Positions 27,106-35,751 of a DNA stretch of 64,000 nt are shown here, piece by piece. Below the pieces are notes generated by a model. That model was given only the letters and a program-made list of their open reading frames with translations, searched no databases and was not told the origin of the DNA. The DNA is taken from the NCBI GenBank assembly GCA_963817955.1, contig CAWFQK010000004.1:1440001-1504000 (forward strand), given 5' to 3'. Source of the DNA: an uncultured Gemmatimonadaceae bacterium (lineage in GTDB: Bacteria; Gemmatimonadota; Gemmatimonadetes; Gemmatimonadales; Gemmatimonadaceae). The position numbers and the translations under genes were made by a program. The first letter of the stretch is position 1. Each line of letters begins with the position of its first letter.

Positions 27106-28899
27106 ATGGGACTATTCTCCAAGGATCTCGTTCTCCTGCATCCGCCGTCAGTCTACGACTTCCGGCGGAACGGCACGTTGTTCGGCCCAATCAGCGACGT
27201 CATTCCATCCACGCCGGTGTTCGAGATGTATCCGATGGGTTTCACCACCATCGCCGCGCATCTCGAGAACGCGGGCTTCAACGTGGAGATCGTCAACATC
27301 GCGTACCGGATGTTGTCGGACGCCACATACGACGCCGAAGCTGCGATTGCCGCCTTGCATCCGCGCATCTTCGGCATTGATCTCCACTGGCTGCCGCACG
27401 CGCATGGCGCGCTGGAACTGGCGCGCATCGTCAAGAAGCACCACCCTGGGACGCCCGTCGTCATGGGCGGCCTGTCCGCGTCGTACTTCCACGAGGAGCT
27501 CGTCCGGTATCCCTGGGTCGATTACGTACTGCGCGGCGACTCGACTGAGGAGCCGATCCTCCAGCTGATGCAGGCGCTGCAAAGCGGCGACCCACCGACG
27601 GCGGTGCCGAACCTCACGTGGATCGACGCGCGCGGAGAGGTGGTGGTGAACCCGCTCACCCACGTGCCGGACGACATCGACGACATCGCCATCCCGAATT
27701 ACCGGTACGCGATTCGGTCGGTCTTCAAGTACGCGAGTCTGGCGAACGTCATTCCCTTCGTCGATTGGATGAGCTATCCGATAACCGGGCTCCTGACGTC
27801 GCGAGGGTGTTCGTTGGACTGCTCCATCTGTGGCGGGTCGCGGAGCGCGTACCGCACCATGTGCAACCGCCGGCGGCCGGCATTCCGCTCGCCGGAAGCC
27901 CTGATCCGCGACATCCGGCAGATCCGGGAATTCAGCGACGCGCCGATCATCCTGCTGAACGATATCCGCCATGGCGGCCGGGCCTATAGCGAACGTTTCC
28001 TCGATTTGCTGGAGCGCGAGCGCGCGCCGAACGAGATCATCTTCGAGTTGTTCTGGCCGGCGGACGACGCGTTCTTCGAGCGTGTCGCCCGAGCGTCGCC
28101 GCGGTTCAGCCTCGAGATGACGCCGGAGAGTCCAGACGAGGGGCTGCGACGCATCAACGGCAAGTTTGCGTGCACGAACGCGGAGATCGAGGACACCGTG
28201 GCGGCTGCGCTTCGCCATGGCGTGAATCGGATTGACATCTTCTTCATGGTCGGTATCCCCCGCCAGACCTATCTGCAGGCGGTCGGCGCCGTCGACTACT
28301 GCCGCGAGCTACTCGAGAAGTTCGCCGGTGACCACCGCCTGGCATTCTTCGTAGCTCCTCTCGGCCCGTTCCTCGATCCGGCGAGCCGGGCATTCGAGCA
28401 TCCAGAACAGTTCGGCTATCGACTCATTCACCGCACGCTCGAAGAGCATAGACGCGCGCTCACATCGCCGAGCTGGAAATACCTGCTGAACTATGAGATG
28501 GAGACGATGAGCCGTGACGACATCGTGGATGCGACGTACGAGTCGGCGCTACGGCTTGCTCGGCTCAAGCGCGACTACGGCTATATGGACGACGCCACGT
28601 GCGCCGAGCTCTCGGCGCGCATCGAGGCATCGCGCCACGCAATCGCCGAGGTGGACTGCATTCTCGCTCTGCCAGAAGGCGAGAACCGCGAGGATCGCCT
28701 CGCAGCCGTGCGCGCACGTTTCGCGGACTTGCCCGCGCAGACGGTGGCCGTGAAGCAGGAGCTCTTGCGCTGGCCAACCCCCGGGGGGTTCGCCAGCTCG
28801 GTGCGGCTGGCGCAGCTGGGCGCGCGGCTCATGCGCACAGAAGTCTATCTGTTCTCGAAGCGTGTGCGGCGGCTGTGGGCCGCACACGCCGATCCGTGA
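27106..28899 (+). CDS. Cobalamin-binding radical SAM protein (TIGR04190/Ta0216-like from recall)
   Basis: N-terminus DLVLLHPPSVYDFR...FEMYPMG, B12-domain GIDLHWLPHAHG / VMGGLSAS, CxxxCxxC in RGCSLDCSIC. Confidence 0.88.
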   Translation: MGLFSKDLVLLHPPSVYDFRRNGTLFGPISDVIPSTPVFEMYPMGFTTIAAHLENAGFNVEIVNIAYRMLSDATYDAEAAIAALHPRIFGIDLHWLPHAHGALELARIVKKHHPGTPVVMGGLSASYFHEELVRYPWVDYVLRGDSTEEPILQLMQALQSGDPPTAVPNLTWIDARGEVVVNPLTHVPDDIDDIAIPNYRYAIRSVFKYASLANVIPFVDWMSYPITGLLTSRGCSLDCSICGGSRSAYRTMCNRRRPAFRSPEALIRDIRQIREFSDAPIILLNDIRHGGRAYSERFLDLLERERAPNEIIFELFWPADDAFFERVARASPRFSLEMTPESPDEGLRRINGKFACTNAEIEDTVAAALRHGVNRIDIFFMVGIPRQTYLQAVGAVDYCRELLEKFAGDHRLAFFVAPLGPFLDPASRAFEHPEQFGYRLIHRTLEEHRRALTSPSWKYLLNYEMETMSRDDIVDATYESALRLARLKRDYGYMDDATCAELSARIEASRHAIAEVDCILALPEGENREDRLAAVRARFADLPAQTVAVKQELLRWPTPGGFASSVRLAQLGARLMRTEVYLFSKRVRRLWAAHADP

Positions 28900-28903
28900 A
28901 CCT

Positions 28904-30916
28904 CTAACCTCCTACATGCGCCACCACTGCCGCCTTTGCGTTCCCCATCGGCGGCACTTTGTGGCACGACTCGCACGCACGACCAGGCTTGTGGTTCGTC
29001 TGCGCTACGTGGCACGTCGTGCACACCTGCCGCGACCAGTGATCCACGGCTGGCACTGACTTGTGACACTGAACGCACGCGACGTGATCGGTCGCCTTGT
29101 GCTTTGCCAGTGAGCCGCCACGATGACAGCTGAGGCATGCCGCCTGGGGCTGGTGGTGCTGCGCATGGCAGTTGTCGCAGTTCAGCGCACGCGCGCTCAT
29201 GGCCGGCGCCGTGTGGCACGCGCTGCATGCGACCTTGGCGGCGAGATGGGAGGCGTGCGTGAAGTCACCAGCGGGCGCGTGCAGCGTGTCGACCGGAACG
29301 CCCCCTGGGCCGGCATGGCACTGCGCACAGTTGCGCGCCTGCGCCTGCACGGACGGATGGTGGCACGCGTCGCAACTCGCCGCTGACTTGATCGTCGTGC
29401 CGCCGTGATCGGCGAATGACGTGTGACAGCCACTGCACTGGAGCCCGGCACGCAACACATGCTGCGAGTGATCGAACGACCGGCCGTCCAAGATGCCGCG
29501 CTGCTGCTCCACGCCCATGTGGCACTGCAGACATTCGTTATCGCTCACCGGCGGCCCCAGATTCACCACCGGCATGCGATACGACAGGTGCGTGTCGTCC
29601 GCCGCTTGGCGCACGAGCTCGAGCGAGCTCCGCAGCAACCCGTCGGCGTAGCTGATATTGTGCACGCCTTTGCCCGCGCGCACGAGCGCAATGTTCTCCG
29701 CCGCCATTCCGAGCAGGCTGTCGGCGACGGCGCGCTGGTTCAACGGCAACGCCACCGCCGCAGCGCGCGCTTGCTGCATGACAGGCTCCACCAGATTCAG
29801 CTTCCGATCCATCGCGCGCTGCCAGCTCGGAAGCATGTTTGCGTAGCGGACGCCGTGGCAAGACAGACAGGCGGACTCGTTCGCGACCTGCACCGTGCCG
29901 TGACCGGGCTTTCGAGACGCGTCGTTGTGGCATCCCACGCAGGAGACGCGGGCCTTGTACATCGAGCTCGGCCCCTTCTGCGTGAGATGTCCGCCGGTCC
30001 CGGCGTAGAGCTTCTGCTGCGCGACATGCGTGTTCTGATGGCAGCTCTTGCAGTCCAGCTCCACCGTGGTCGAGACGGAAATGATCCGGTGATCGATCCC
30101 GGTGTGGCATTGGACACACGCGATGTTCTCCTGCCCCACGTGCACTTTGTGCAGCATGGGCGAGTCCGTGATGCGCGCCAGTCGAGCGGGTTCGTTGTGG
30201 CAGGTGACACACCGGGCCGCATCCACGTTACCGGTGCCCTGGGTGACTTCGTTGTGGCATGACAGGCAGTCGATCCGATCCTTGACGTACTGCGGATGAT
30301 CGACGACGAAGCCCTCTTTGGAGTTGACCCGCGGCGGCGCGGGATGGCAGCCGGTGCAGGTGGCAAGCGGCTGGCCGTTGGGACGCCCCTTGAAGTGGCA
30401 GAGGACACAGGTGTTCTCGGTGACGGCAATGTGCGAGCCCTGCACGATCTGCGAGTGACAACTGGTGCAGTGCAGCTCAATGCCGCGACGCACCTGCCCG
30501 AGGTGACGTGTATGGTCAAAGCGTACTCCTTTGTAATCCACCTGCCCCTCGATGAGCCGCGTCGAGTGGCAGCCCGAACGGAGGCACGCCGCGTCATCCA
30601 TCTTCGCCCAGGGGCGAGTGTTGGCAGTACCAGTGAAGTACTTCACCACCATGTTCGCGGCCTGCACCTTGGTCATCGCCTCGGCTTTGATGCCCGGGGC
30701 GATGTGGCACTTGATACAGGCCACATCGCGATGCGTCGACTTCGTCCACGAGTCATGGTACGGCTTCATGATGTGGCAGCTACCGCAGAACCACGGTTGG
30801 CTGGACACCTGAACGAACGCGGTTGTGCTGACAGCAAGCAGGATGATGCCGAGGATGACTACAGGAACCGCGATGCGCGCAGCTCGCGACACCCGCCTAC
30901 GGGCTGTGGGCGACAT
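28904..30916 (-). CDS. Membrane-anchored 22-heme cytochrome c with NapC/NrfH-like N-terminus
   Basis: N-terminal TM, first motif CGSCHIM (CxxCHxM), 21 CxxCH plus CLRSGCH, internal GKGVHN helical segment. Confidence 0.92.
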   Translation of the reverse strand: MSPTARRRVSRAARIAVPVVILGIILLAVSTTAFVQVSSQPWFCGSCHIMKPYHDSWTKSTHRDVACIKCHIAPGIKAEAMTKVQAANMVVKYFTGTANTRPWAKMDDAACLRSGCHSTRLIEGQVDYKGVRFDHTRHLGQVRRGIELHCTSCHSQIVQGSHIAVTENTCVLCHFKGRPNGQPLATCTGCHPAPPRVNSKEGFVVDHPQYVKDRIDCLSCHNEVTQGTGNVDAARCVTCHNEPARLARITDSPMLHKVHVGQENIACVQCHTGIDHRIISVSTTVELDCKSCHQNTHVAQQKLYAGTGGHLTQKGPSSMYKARVSCVGCHNDASRKPGHGTVQVANESACLSCHGVRYANMLPSWQRAMDRKLNLVEPVMQQARAAAVALPLNQRAVADSLLGMAAENIALVRAGKGVHNISYADGLLRSSLELVRQAADDTHLSYRMPVVNLGPPVSDNECLQCHMGVEQQRGILDGRSFDHSQHVLRAGLQCSGCHTSFADHGGTTIKSAASCDACHHPSVQAQARNCAQCHAGPGGVPVDTLHAPAGDFTHASHLAAKVACSACHTAPAMSARALNCDNCHAQHHQPQAACLSCHRGGSLAKHKATDHVACVQCHKSVPAVDHWSRQVCTTCHVAQTNHKPGRACESCHKVPPMGNAKAAVVAHVGG

Positions 30917-30919
30917 CGG

Positions 30920-32218
30920 TTATGGCTCCTCGTTCCCGGCGCCGCGGCGAAGCGCTCGCAGCGTGAGCCACGCCAGCGCGACCGCCGCCAACGAGAGGAA
31001 CCATACGGGGAGCAGCAGCAGCTTGTGCTCCAACAGCACCTCCTCGCTTGCGGCCGACATGCGATCGAGCTCGATCGATGCCGCGCTCACGCGACTCTCC
31101 TGGTTCTCAACGCGCTCGAGATCGAGCCCGTGCTGCACCTGTGCGATCTGTAGGTAGTCAGTGAGTGCCGACTGGTAACGGAAGCGCGCGTCGCTCGTGC
31201 GCTGCCCCGAAACCGCAAGACGGTCCACGGCGCGCTCGGCCGACCGCAGGTCCGAGGTCGCCTGCATCATGCGACGCTGCAGGTCTACACCGACCTGGTG
31301 TAGCTTCGTGTCGCGAGCGTGGCACCGGTCGCACATCGCGGAGATGCTGTCGTCAGCAATACGCTGCGTGCCGTGGTTCCCGTGGCACGCCAGGCACCCT
31401 TGGATCCGCCCCGCGCGCGTGGCGGGCCCGTGCGGCCCAGCATTGAATGCCTGTGCCACGAGCTGGTGGCAACTGCCGCAGACGCTCGACACCTCGGTGC
31501 GCGTGGGCGGCAGCGCCGAATGCGCACCGTGGCAAGCTACGCACGTTGGGGCGGCAAAGTCCCGCTTCTCGAACAATGTCTTGCCGTGCGCGCTGTTGCG
31601 GAACTGGTCGAGCTGGTCGGTACGCAAGTTGTACTTCTGCATCAGCCGCGTGTTGGCATGGCAGTGCCCGCACGTGGTTGGGATGTTGGTCGGATACACG
31701 CGACTGCGCGCATCGTACGGCGGATAGATGATGTGCGTGCCATGACAATCGGTGCACGTTGGTGCATCGACGTTGTTCCCCGCGAACAGAAGCTGCCCGT
31801 GGCGGCTGGTGCGGAACTCCGCGAGCTGGCCGGTGGGCAACCCATACTCGCGCATCCTATTTGGATCAGAGTGGCATGAGCCGCACAGCCGTGCAACAGC
31901 TACCTTGTTCAGCGCGCCGGTGAAGCCGTTGCCGTGCGCCGCGGGAAGGAGGCGTGCAGAAGGATCGCCGCCGTGGCAGTCGACACAGCGCACGCCGTGC
32001 TCAGAGTGCACGCCGACGTCGGCGGCCTCCCGTTGGGCCGCGTGACAGACCAGGCAATTATTGCCCGCGTTCGCCTCGGGCGTCTGCCAAACCGTAGTCG
32101 GTGCCGGGACCGCCGCCGCTGTGTGCATGGCCTGAGGCGCGGCTTGTGCCGGCACGAGGCTCGCGGCAAGCACGAGAGCGGTAGCGCCAAGGAGGCGAGT
32201 GATCGTGGCGCGCATCAT
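30920..32218 (-). CDS. 9-heme cytochrome c with C-terminal membrane anchor
   Basis: ATG 32218 overlaps the cytochrome b stop. Signal peptide, 9 CxxCH, coiled coil and C-terminal TM. Confidence 0.92.
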   Translation of the reverse strand: MMRATITRLLGATALVLAASLVPAQAAPQAMHTAAAVPAPTTVWQTPEANAGNNCLVCHAAQREAADVGVHSEHGVRCVDCHGGDPSARLLPAAHGNGFTGALNKVAVARLCGSCHSDPNRMREYGLPTGQLAEFRTSRHGQLLFAGNNVDAPTCTDCHGTHIIYPPYDARSRVYPTNIPTTCGHCHANTRLMQKYNLRTDQLDQFRNSAHGKTLFEKRDFAAPTCVACHGAHSALPPTRTEVSSVCGSCHQLVAQAFNAGPHGPATRAGRIQGCLACHGNHGTQRIADDSISAMCDRCHARDTKLHQVGVDLQRRMMQATSDLRSAERAVDRLAVSGQRTSDARFRYQSALTDYLQIAQVQHGLDLERVENQESRVSAASIELDRMSAASEEVLLEHKLLLLPVWFLSLAAVALAWLTLRALRRGAGNEEP

Positions 32219-33450
32219 CGTGACGTTGGAGCGGCAACGACCGTGTCGACGGGCGCCGCCGGCGTATATACCGGAGTGAGCTCGCTGGCAGTGGAGACGG
32301 AGCGCAGATGCCACCCCGCGGCCCACGCCAACGCGAAGCCGAAGAAGAACGCGAAACCAAAACCCGCAACGAGCGGATGGCGTCGCAGTTGCCGGTCAGG
32401 AGCACGATCGAACACGGGAAGAACCACGAGCGCGACACCCAGCAGTACGAACACGCCGAAGCCCCATGCGCCGAGATAATGAAGCAGCGCGCGTGAGACG
32501 TCGGCAACGAACCACGTGGCATGCAACGCCGTGGGCGGATGGGCCGGGTCGGCCGGAGGAGCGATTTCGCGCGGCCACAGCACGGCAGCCGTGACTACGA
32601 CGGCGACGACGAGCACGCCCACGCTCATGGAGCGCAAGAGGTGGTGCGGGAAGAATGGCACGCCCTCGCGATCACGATCTGCCGCTGGTGTCACGCCATC
32701 GCGCACCACAGGCGCGAGGCCGTGCTTGCGCAGCAGCGTGAAGTGCAGCATCAGGAGCCCGAGCGCGGCCCACGGCAGCAGAATCACGTGGATCGCGAAG
32801 AACCGGCTCAGCGTAGCGCCCGAAACCAGCGGATCGCCGCGAAGCAGTTCGGCCAGCCAGCCACCAATGAGCGGCACGCGACTGATGACATCCACACCCT
32901 GCGTGGTGGTCCAGTACGCCCACTGGTCCCACGGCAGCAGATAACCGGTGGCGCCAAATCCCAATATGACGAGTAGCAGCAGCAGTCCGACGAGCCAGTT
33001 CGTCTCGCGCGGTGGCTTGTACGCGCGGCCGAAGAACACGCGCGCCATGTGCGCCAGCACGGCCACGACGATCAGGTTCGCACTCCACCGATGCAGATCG
33101 CGCATCAGCCATCCGAACGAAATGCCGGAGACGATGTGCTGAATGCTCTGGTACGCCTCTTCGGCCGATGGCCGGTAGTAGAACGAGAGGAGCACCCCCG
33201 TGGCGACGAGAATGATGAACAGCAGGTACGTGACTCCGCCGAACGCCTGGCGCCAGCCGACGTGGCGCGGAACCCGGTTGGCCAAGGCTTTACGAAATGC
33301 CTCGCCAATTGGTAGTTGGGTGTCGATGGGGCCATAGAGCAGGCCCACGAAGCGCAGCAGCCCGAGCAGGCTTGCATCGGTGCTCGCCTTGATGTCGGGC
33401 CAAAGACGCTGAGTCCAAATCCGAGCGATGCCGCTTTCGGAGTCTGCCAT
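32215..33450 (-). CDS. Cytochrome b of Rieske/cytb family (fused b6+IV type), PEWY motif degenerate
   Basis: RDLHRWSAN...HMARVFF, RETNWLVG, GYLLPWDQ, RFFAIH-x14-H. The expected PEWY position reads ATWF. Confidence 0.92.
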   Translation of the reverse strand: MADSESGIARIWTQRLWPDIKASTDASLLGLLRFVGLLYGPIDTQLPIGEAFRKALANRVPRHVGWRQAFGGVTYLLFIILVATGVLLSFYYRPSAEEAYQSIQHIVSGISFGWLMRDLHRWSANLIVVAVLAHMARVFFGRAYKPPRETNWLVGLLLLLVILGFGATGYLLPWDQWAYWTTTQGVDVISRVPLIGGWLAELLRGDPLVSGATLSRFFAIHVILLPWAALGLLMLHFTLLRKHGLAPVVRDGVTPAADRDREGVPFFPHHLLRSMSVGVLVVAVVVTAAVLWPREIAPPADPAHPPTALHATWFVADVSRALLHYLGAWGFGVFVLLGVALVVLPVFDRAPDRQLRRHPLVAGFGFAFFFGFALAWAAGWHLRSVSTASELTPVYTPAAPVDTVVAAPTSR

Positions 33451-33451
33451 G

Positions 33452-33922
33452 TCAGGGCCTCCCTACGTAGACGGCGCCATCGCGCACGAACGTGGAGTAA
33501 CGCTTCAGCGGCACCGTCGTGAGCCCGCGTACCACGTTGCCGTGCAGATCGTAGACGAGGTAGCCGCAGGCGGAGGCTACGCGCATCGACGTGGCATCCC
33601 AGTGCAAGATGCAGCCGTCGTTCGGCGCCGTGCCCTGGAGCGCCGTGTAGGTGGTCGAGTCCGCGCGAACCACAAGAATCACCTGGTCCCCCCAGCGAAC
33701 AATGCGGCTGCTTCCTACGGGCAGGCTCGTCTCAGGTGCCACGCGGAACGCGGGCTGGAGTTCGGGGAGCTGGAGCTGTTCGGGCGGCAGCAGGTAGACG
33801 AAGACGGCGAGGAGCGCGCCCATCAACATGAGTGAGAGAACTCCGCCGAGCAGGTATTCACCAAAGCCCGGCGTCCATGTCCGGGACGCAGGGATCGGCT
33901 CGGTTGTGTCAGGCATCACCAC
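33452..33922 (-). CDS. Rieske-fold protein lacking [2Fe-2S] ligands
   Basis: TM anchor, then YTALQGTAPNDGCILHWD...VASACGYLVYDLHGNVVRG...PL, aligning without gaps to Rieske boxes CxHxGC and CPCHG. Directly upstream of cytochrome b. GGAGG RBS. Confidence 0.85.
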   Translation of the reverse strand: MVMPDTTEPIPASRTWTPGFGEYLLGGVLSLMLMGALLAVFVYLLPPEQLQLPELQPAFRVAPETSLPVGSSRIVRWGDQVILVVRADSTTYTALQGTAPNDGCILHWDATSMRVASACGYLVYDLHGNVVRGLTTVPLKRYSTFVRDGAVYVGRP

Positions 33923-34065
33923 TGGTCAGCCTCCGTTCTCGCTGATGTGCAACTGCGCTGCTTCCGCATAGCCAATCGTGCGATCGCTGGTGGTAGGTCG
34001 CTTGCGCGACGACATGACCAACCCGGCGACTGCTGTAACTCAGCGGTTTCCGGCCGCGTAGTCTG

Positions 34066-34124
34066 TCAGCGAAAACCAGAATCGCTGTCGGGAGTTAGCG
34101 TGCGGGTGGGAAGGCATGCTCCTA
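34066..34124. promoter_or_regulatory. Three 22-bp-phased putative regulator boxes upstream of the pseudo-Rieske operon
   Basis: TCAGC-GAAAA-CCAGA (34066), TCGGG half-site (34088), GAAGG-CATGC-TCCTA (34110). Confidence 0.5.
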
Positions 34125-34167
34125 CGTCATGCGCGAGAGCACATCCAACGGAAGATCATCGTGAGCG

Positions 34168-35751
34168 TTACTTCGAGAGCGGATCGGTGATGTGGCAGGT
34201 CAGGCACATGATCTTGTTACGGGCTGACATCCGACTCGCGTCGAAATTCTGTCCGTGCGGGTTCACCTTCAACCCGGTGCTTGCATGACAGCGCAGGCAA
34301 TCACGCTGCTGGTGACAGGTGGTGCAGCCGGTCATTCCTTGCCGCGCTGCTTGACCATGCTGTAGGAGCCAGAGCGGCTGCCCGGTGTGCACGGCACCTG
34401 TACGTGCTCCGCTCACGGTAATATTCGTCTTTTCATGGCACGAACGACAGAACGTCTCGGTGCGATGACAGGACGTACAGTTCTGGTCTTGCCCATACGC
34501 CACCGCCGCGTGCCGAGCAACGAAGTCGAGCGCATGATAGCGCTTGGAACCAGACCCCTCGTGACAGGTGGTACATTGGCGCTGCTCGTGACATCCCAGA
34601 CAGTCTAGCCGGCCGCTCGCTGCCGTCGACTTGTGCTGCGTCGCGAATCCCGCGGGATGCACTTTCGAGCCGGACCCCTCGTGACACGTCGCACATTGGC
34701 GCTGCTCGTGACATCCCAGGCAATCGACACGACCGCTCGCTGCCACCGACTTGTGCTGCATCGCGAATCCCAGAGGATGCGCCTTCACCAAAATCGTATC
34801 CCCGTGCGTCGCGCCGCGCGCGGGTAACCGAGCAAACGTCAGTCCGGTGTCAACACGCGCGACTCGCAACACGACACCCGGCGCCACTCCCGGCGCCGGC
34901 ATCGGAAGCCGTGCGATGACTGCGGCCGCGTTTGACCCTCTGTGACAGGACTGACAGCTCGGCTGCGTGTGGCAGTTGGCACAGCCCTCCGCTTGCTTTG
35001 ACGCAATGGTTCCGTGGTCGGCAGACCATGTCTCGCTCCGATGATTCACCGGGGTTGAATACGAGGCAGCTTTCCCCTTCATCAACTGAGCCACCCGCGA
35101 GTCGCTTCCCAACGCGCCGATCGCGGGAACGCGCGCCGCGTTCGGATGGCAGCGCGCGCAGCTCTCGCGAGCATGACACGTGGCGCAGCGCTCGACATCC
35201 GCGCTGGTTCGCGGCGCGTGCGCTGAGGCAAAATCCGCGCGTCCGTGCGATGTGGGTTTCGGGAAGGTCGCGATCGCGCTCGCGGGCAATGCGCGCGCCT
35301 CTGTTAGCGGGACATGGCACGTCTTGCATATCGCACTCTCTGCAAGATGTTCCGGTGCCTCATGGCAAGAGAGGCATACAGTGGGCGCTGCGCGCCGCAC
35401 CTGCATCCAACCCGCCTGCTTGTTTTCGGCATGACAACTCTGACACACTGCCGACGTTCCCTTCGCCTGGGGGTCCCGCGGATGCTCAACGTGTGCAAAC
35501 CGCAGGTTCGTCGGCTGCGGGGTGGCGCCCGACCATGTCGTGACCGCCACATCCCGGCCGTTATGGCACTGGGCGCACGTACTAGGCGCGGGCATCGCCG
35601 TGGTCGCGTCACCCGAGAGAATGCCCGCGTGGCACCCCGCGCAGTCCGGAAAGAGCTTCGCATGTTGCGCGTGCGGAAATCCCGATGACCGCTGCGCGTG
35701 CAAGGCCCCTGTCGACAGAAGCGCGATACCCAGCCAAGCGCCGATTCTCAT
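34168..35751 (-). CDS. 18-heme periplasmic cytochrome c (porin partner)
   Basis: Signal peptide ALHA-Q, 18 CxxCH, six paired CxxCH-x4/5-CxxCH modules. 4-bp overlap with the porin gene. Confidence 0.93.
   Translation of the reverse strand: MRIGAWLGIALLSTGALHAQRSSGFPHAQHAKLFPDCAGCHAGILSGDATTAMPAPSTCAQCHNGRDVAVTTWSGATPQPTNLRFAHVEHPRDPQAKGTSAVCQSCHAENKQAGWMQVRRAAPTVCLSCHEAPEHLAESAICKTCHVPLTEARALPASAIATFPKPTSHGRADFASAHAPRTSADVERCATCHARESCARCHPNAARVPAIGALGSDSRVAQLMKGKAASYSTPVNHRSETWSADHGTIASKQAEGCANCHTQPSCQSCHRGSNAAAVIARLPMPAPGVAPGVVLRVARVDTGLTFARLPARGATHGDTILVKAHPLGFAMQHKSVAASGRVDCLGCHEQRQCATCHEGSGSKVHPAGFATQHKSTAASGRLDCLGCHEQRQCTTCHEGSGSKRYHALDFVARHAAVAYGQDQNCTSCHRTETFCRSCHEKTNITVSGARTGAVHTGQPLWLLQHGQAARQGMTGCTTCHQQRDCLRCHASTGLKVNPHGQNFDASRMSARNKIMCLTCHITDPLSK
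34541..34780 (-). repeat. 120-bp intragenic tandem duplication (two-heme module)
   Basis: HPLGFAMQHKSVAASGRVDCLGCHEQRQCATCHEGSGSKV versus HPAGFATQHKSTAASGRLDCLGCHEQRQCTTCHEGSGSKR. The repeat is visible at DNA level with period 120. Confidence 0.93.

Noticed and set aside
33230..33270. Heme ci attachment in cytochrome b (b6-like His spacing)
   Set aside because: The Cys of the CxGG site is absent (QAFGG).
33452..33922. Rieske gene as an ordinary decayed pseudogene
   Set aside because: Open frame, RBS, gap-free alignment and selective retention of the disulfide cysteines argue against random decay. dN/dS is still needed to confirm.
21508..35751. NrfA, HAO or octaheme nitrite reductase catalytic assignment
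   Set aside because: No CxxCK motif in any cytochrome. The HN helical segments alone do not establish catalysis.
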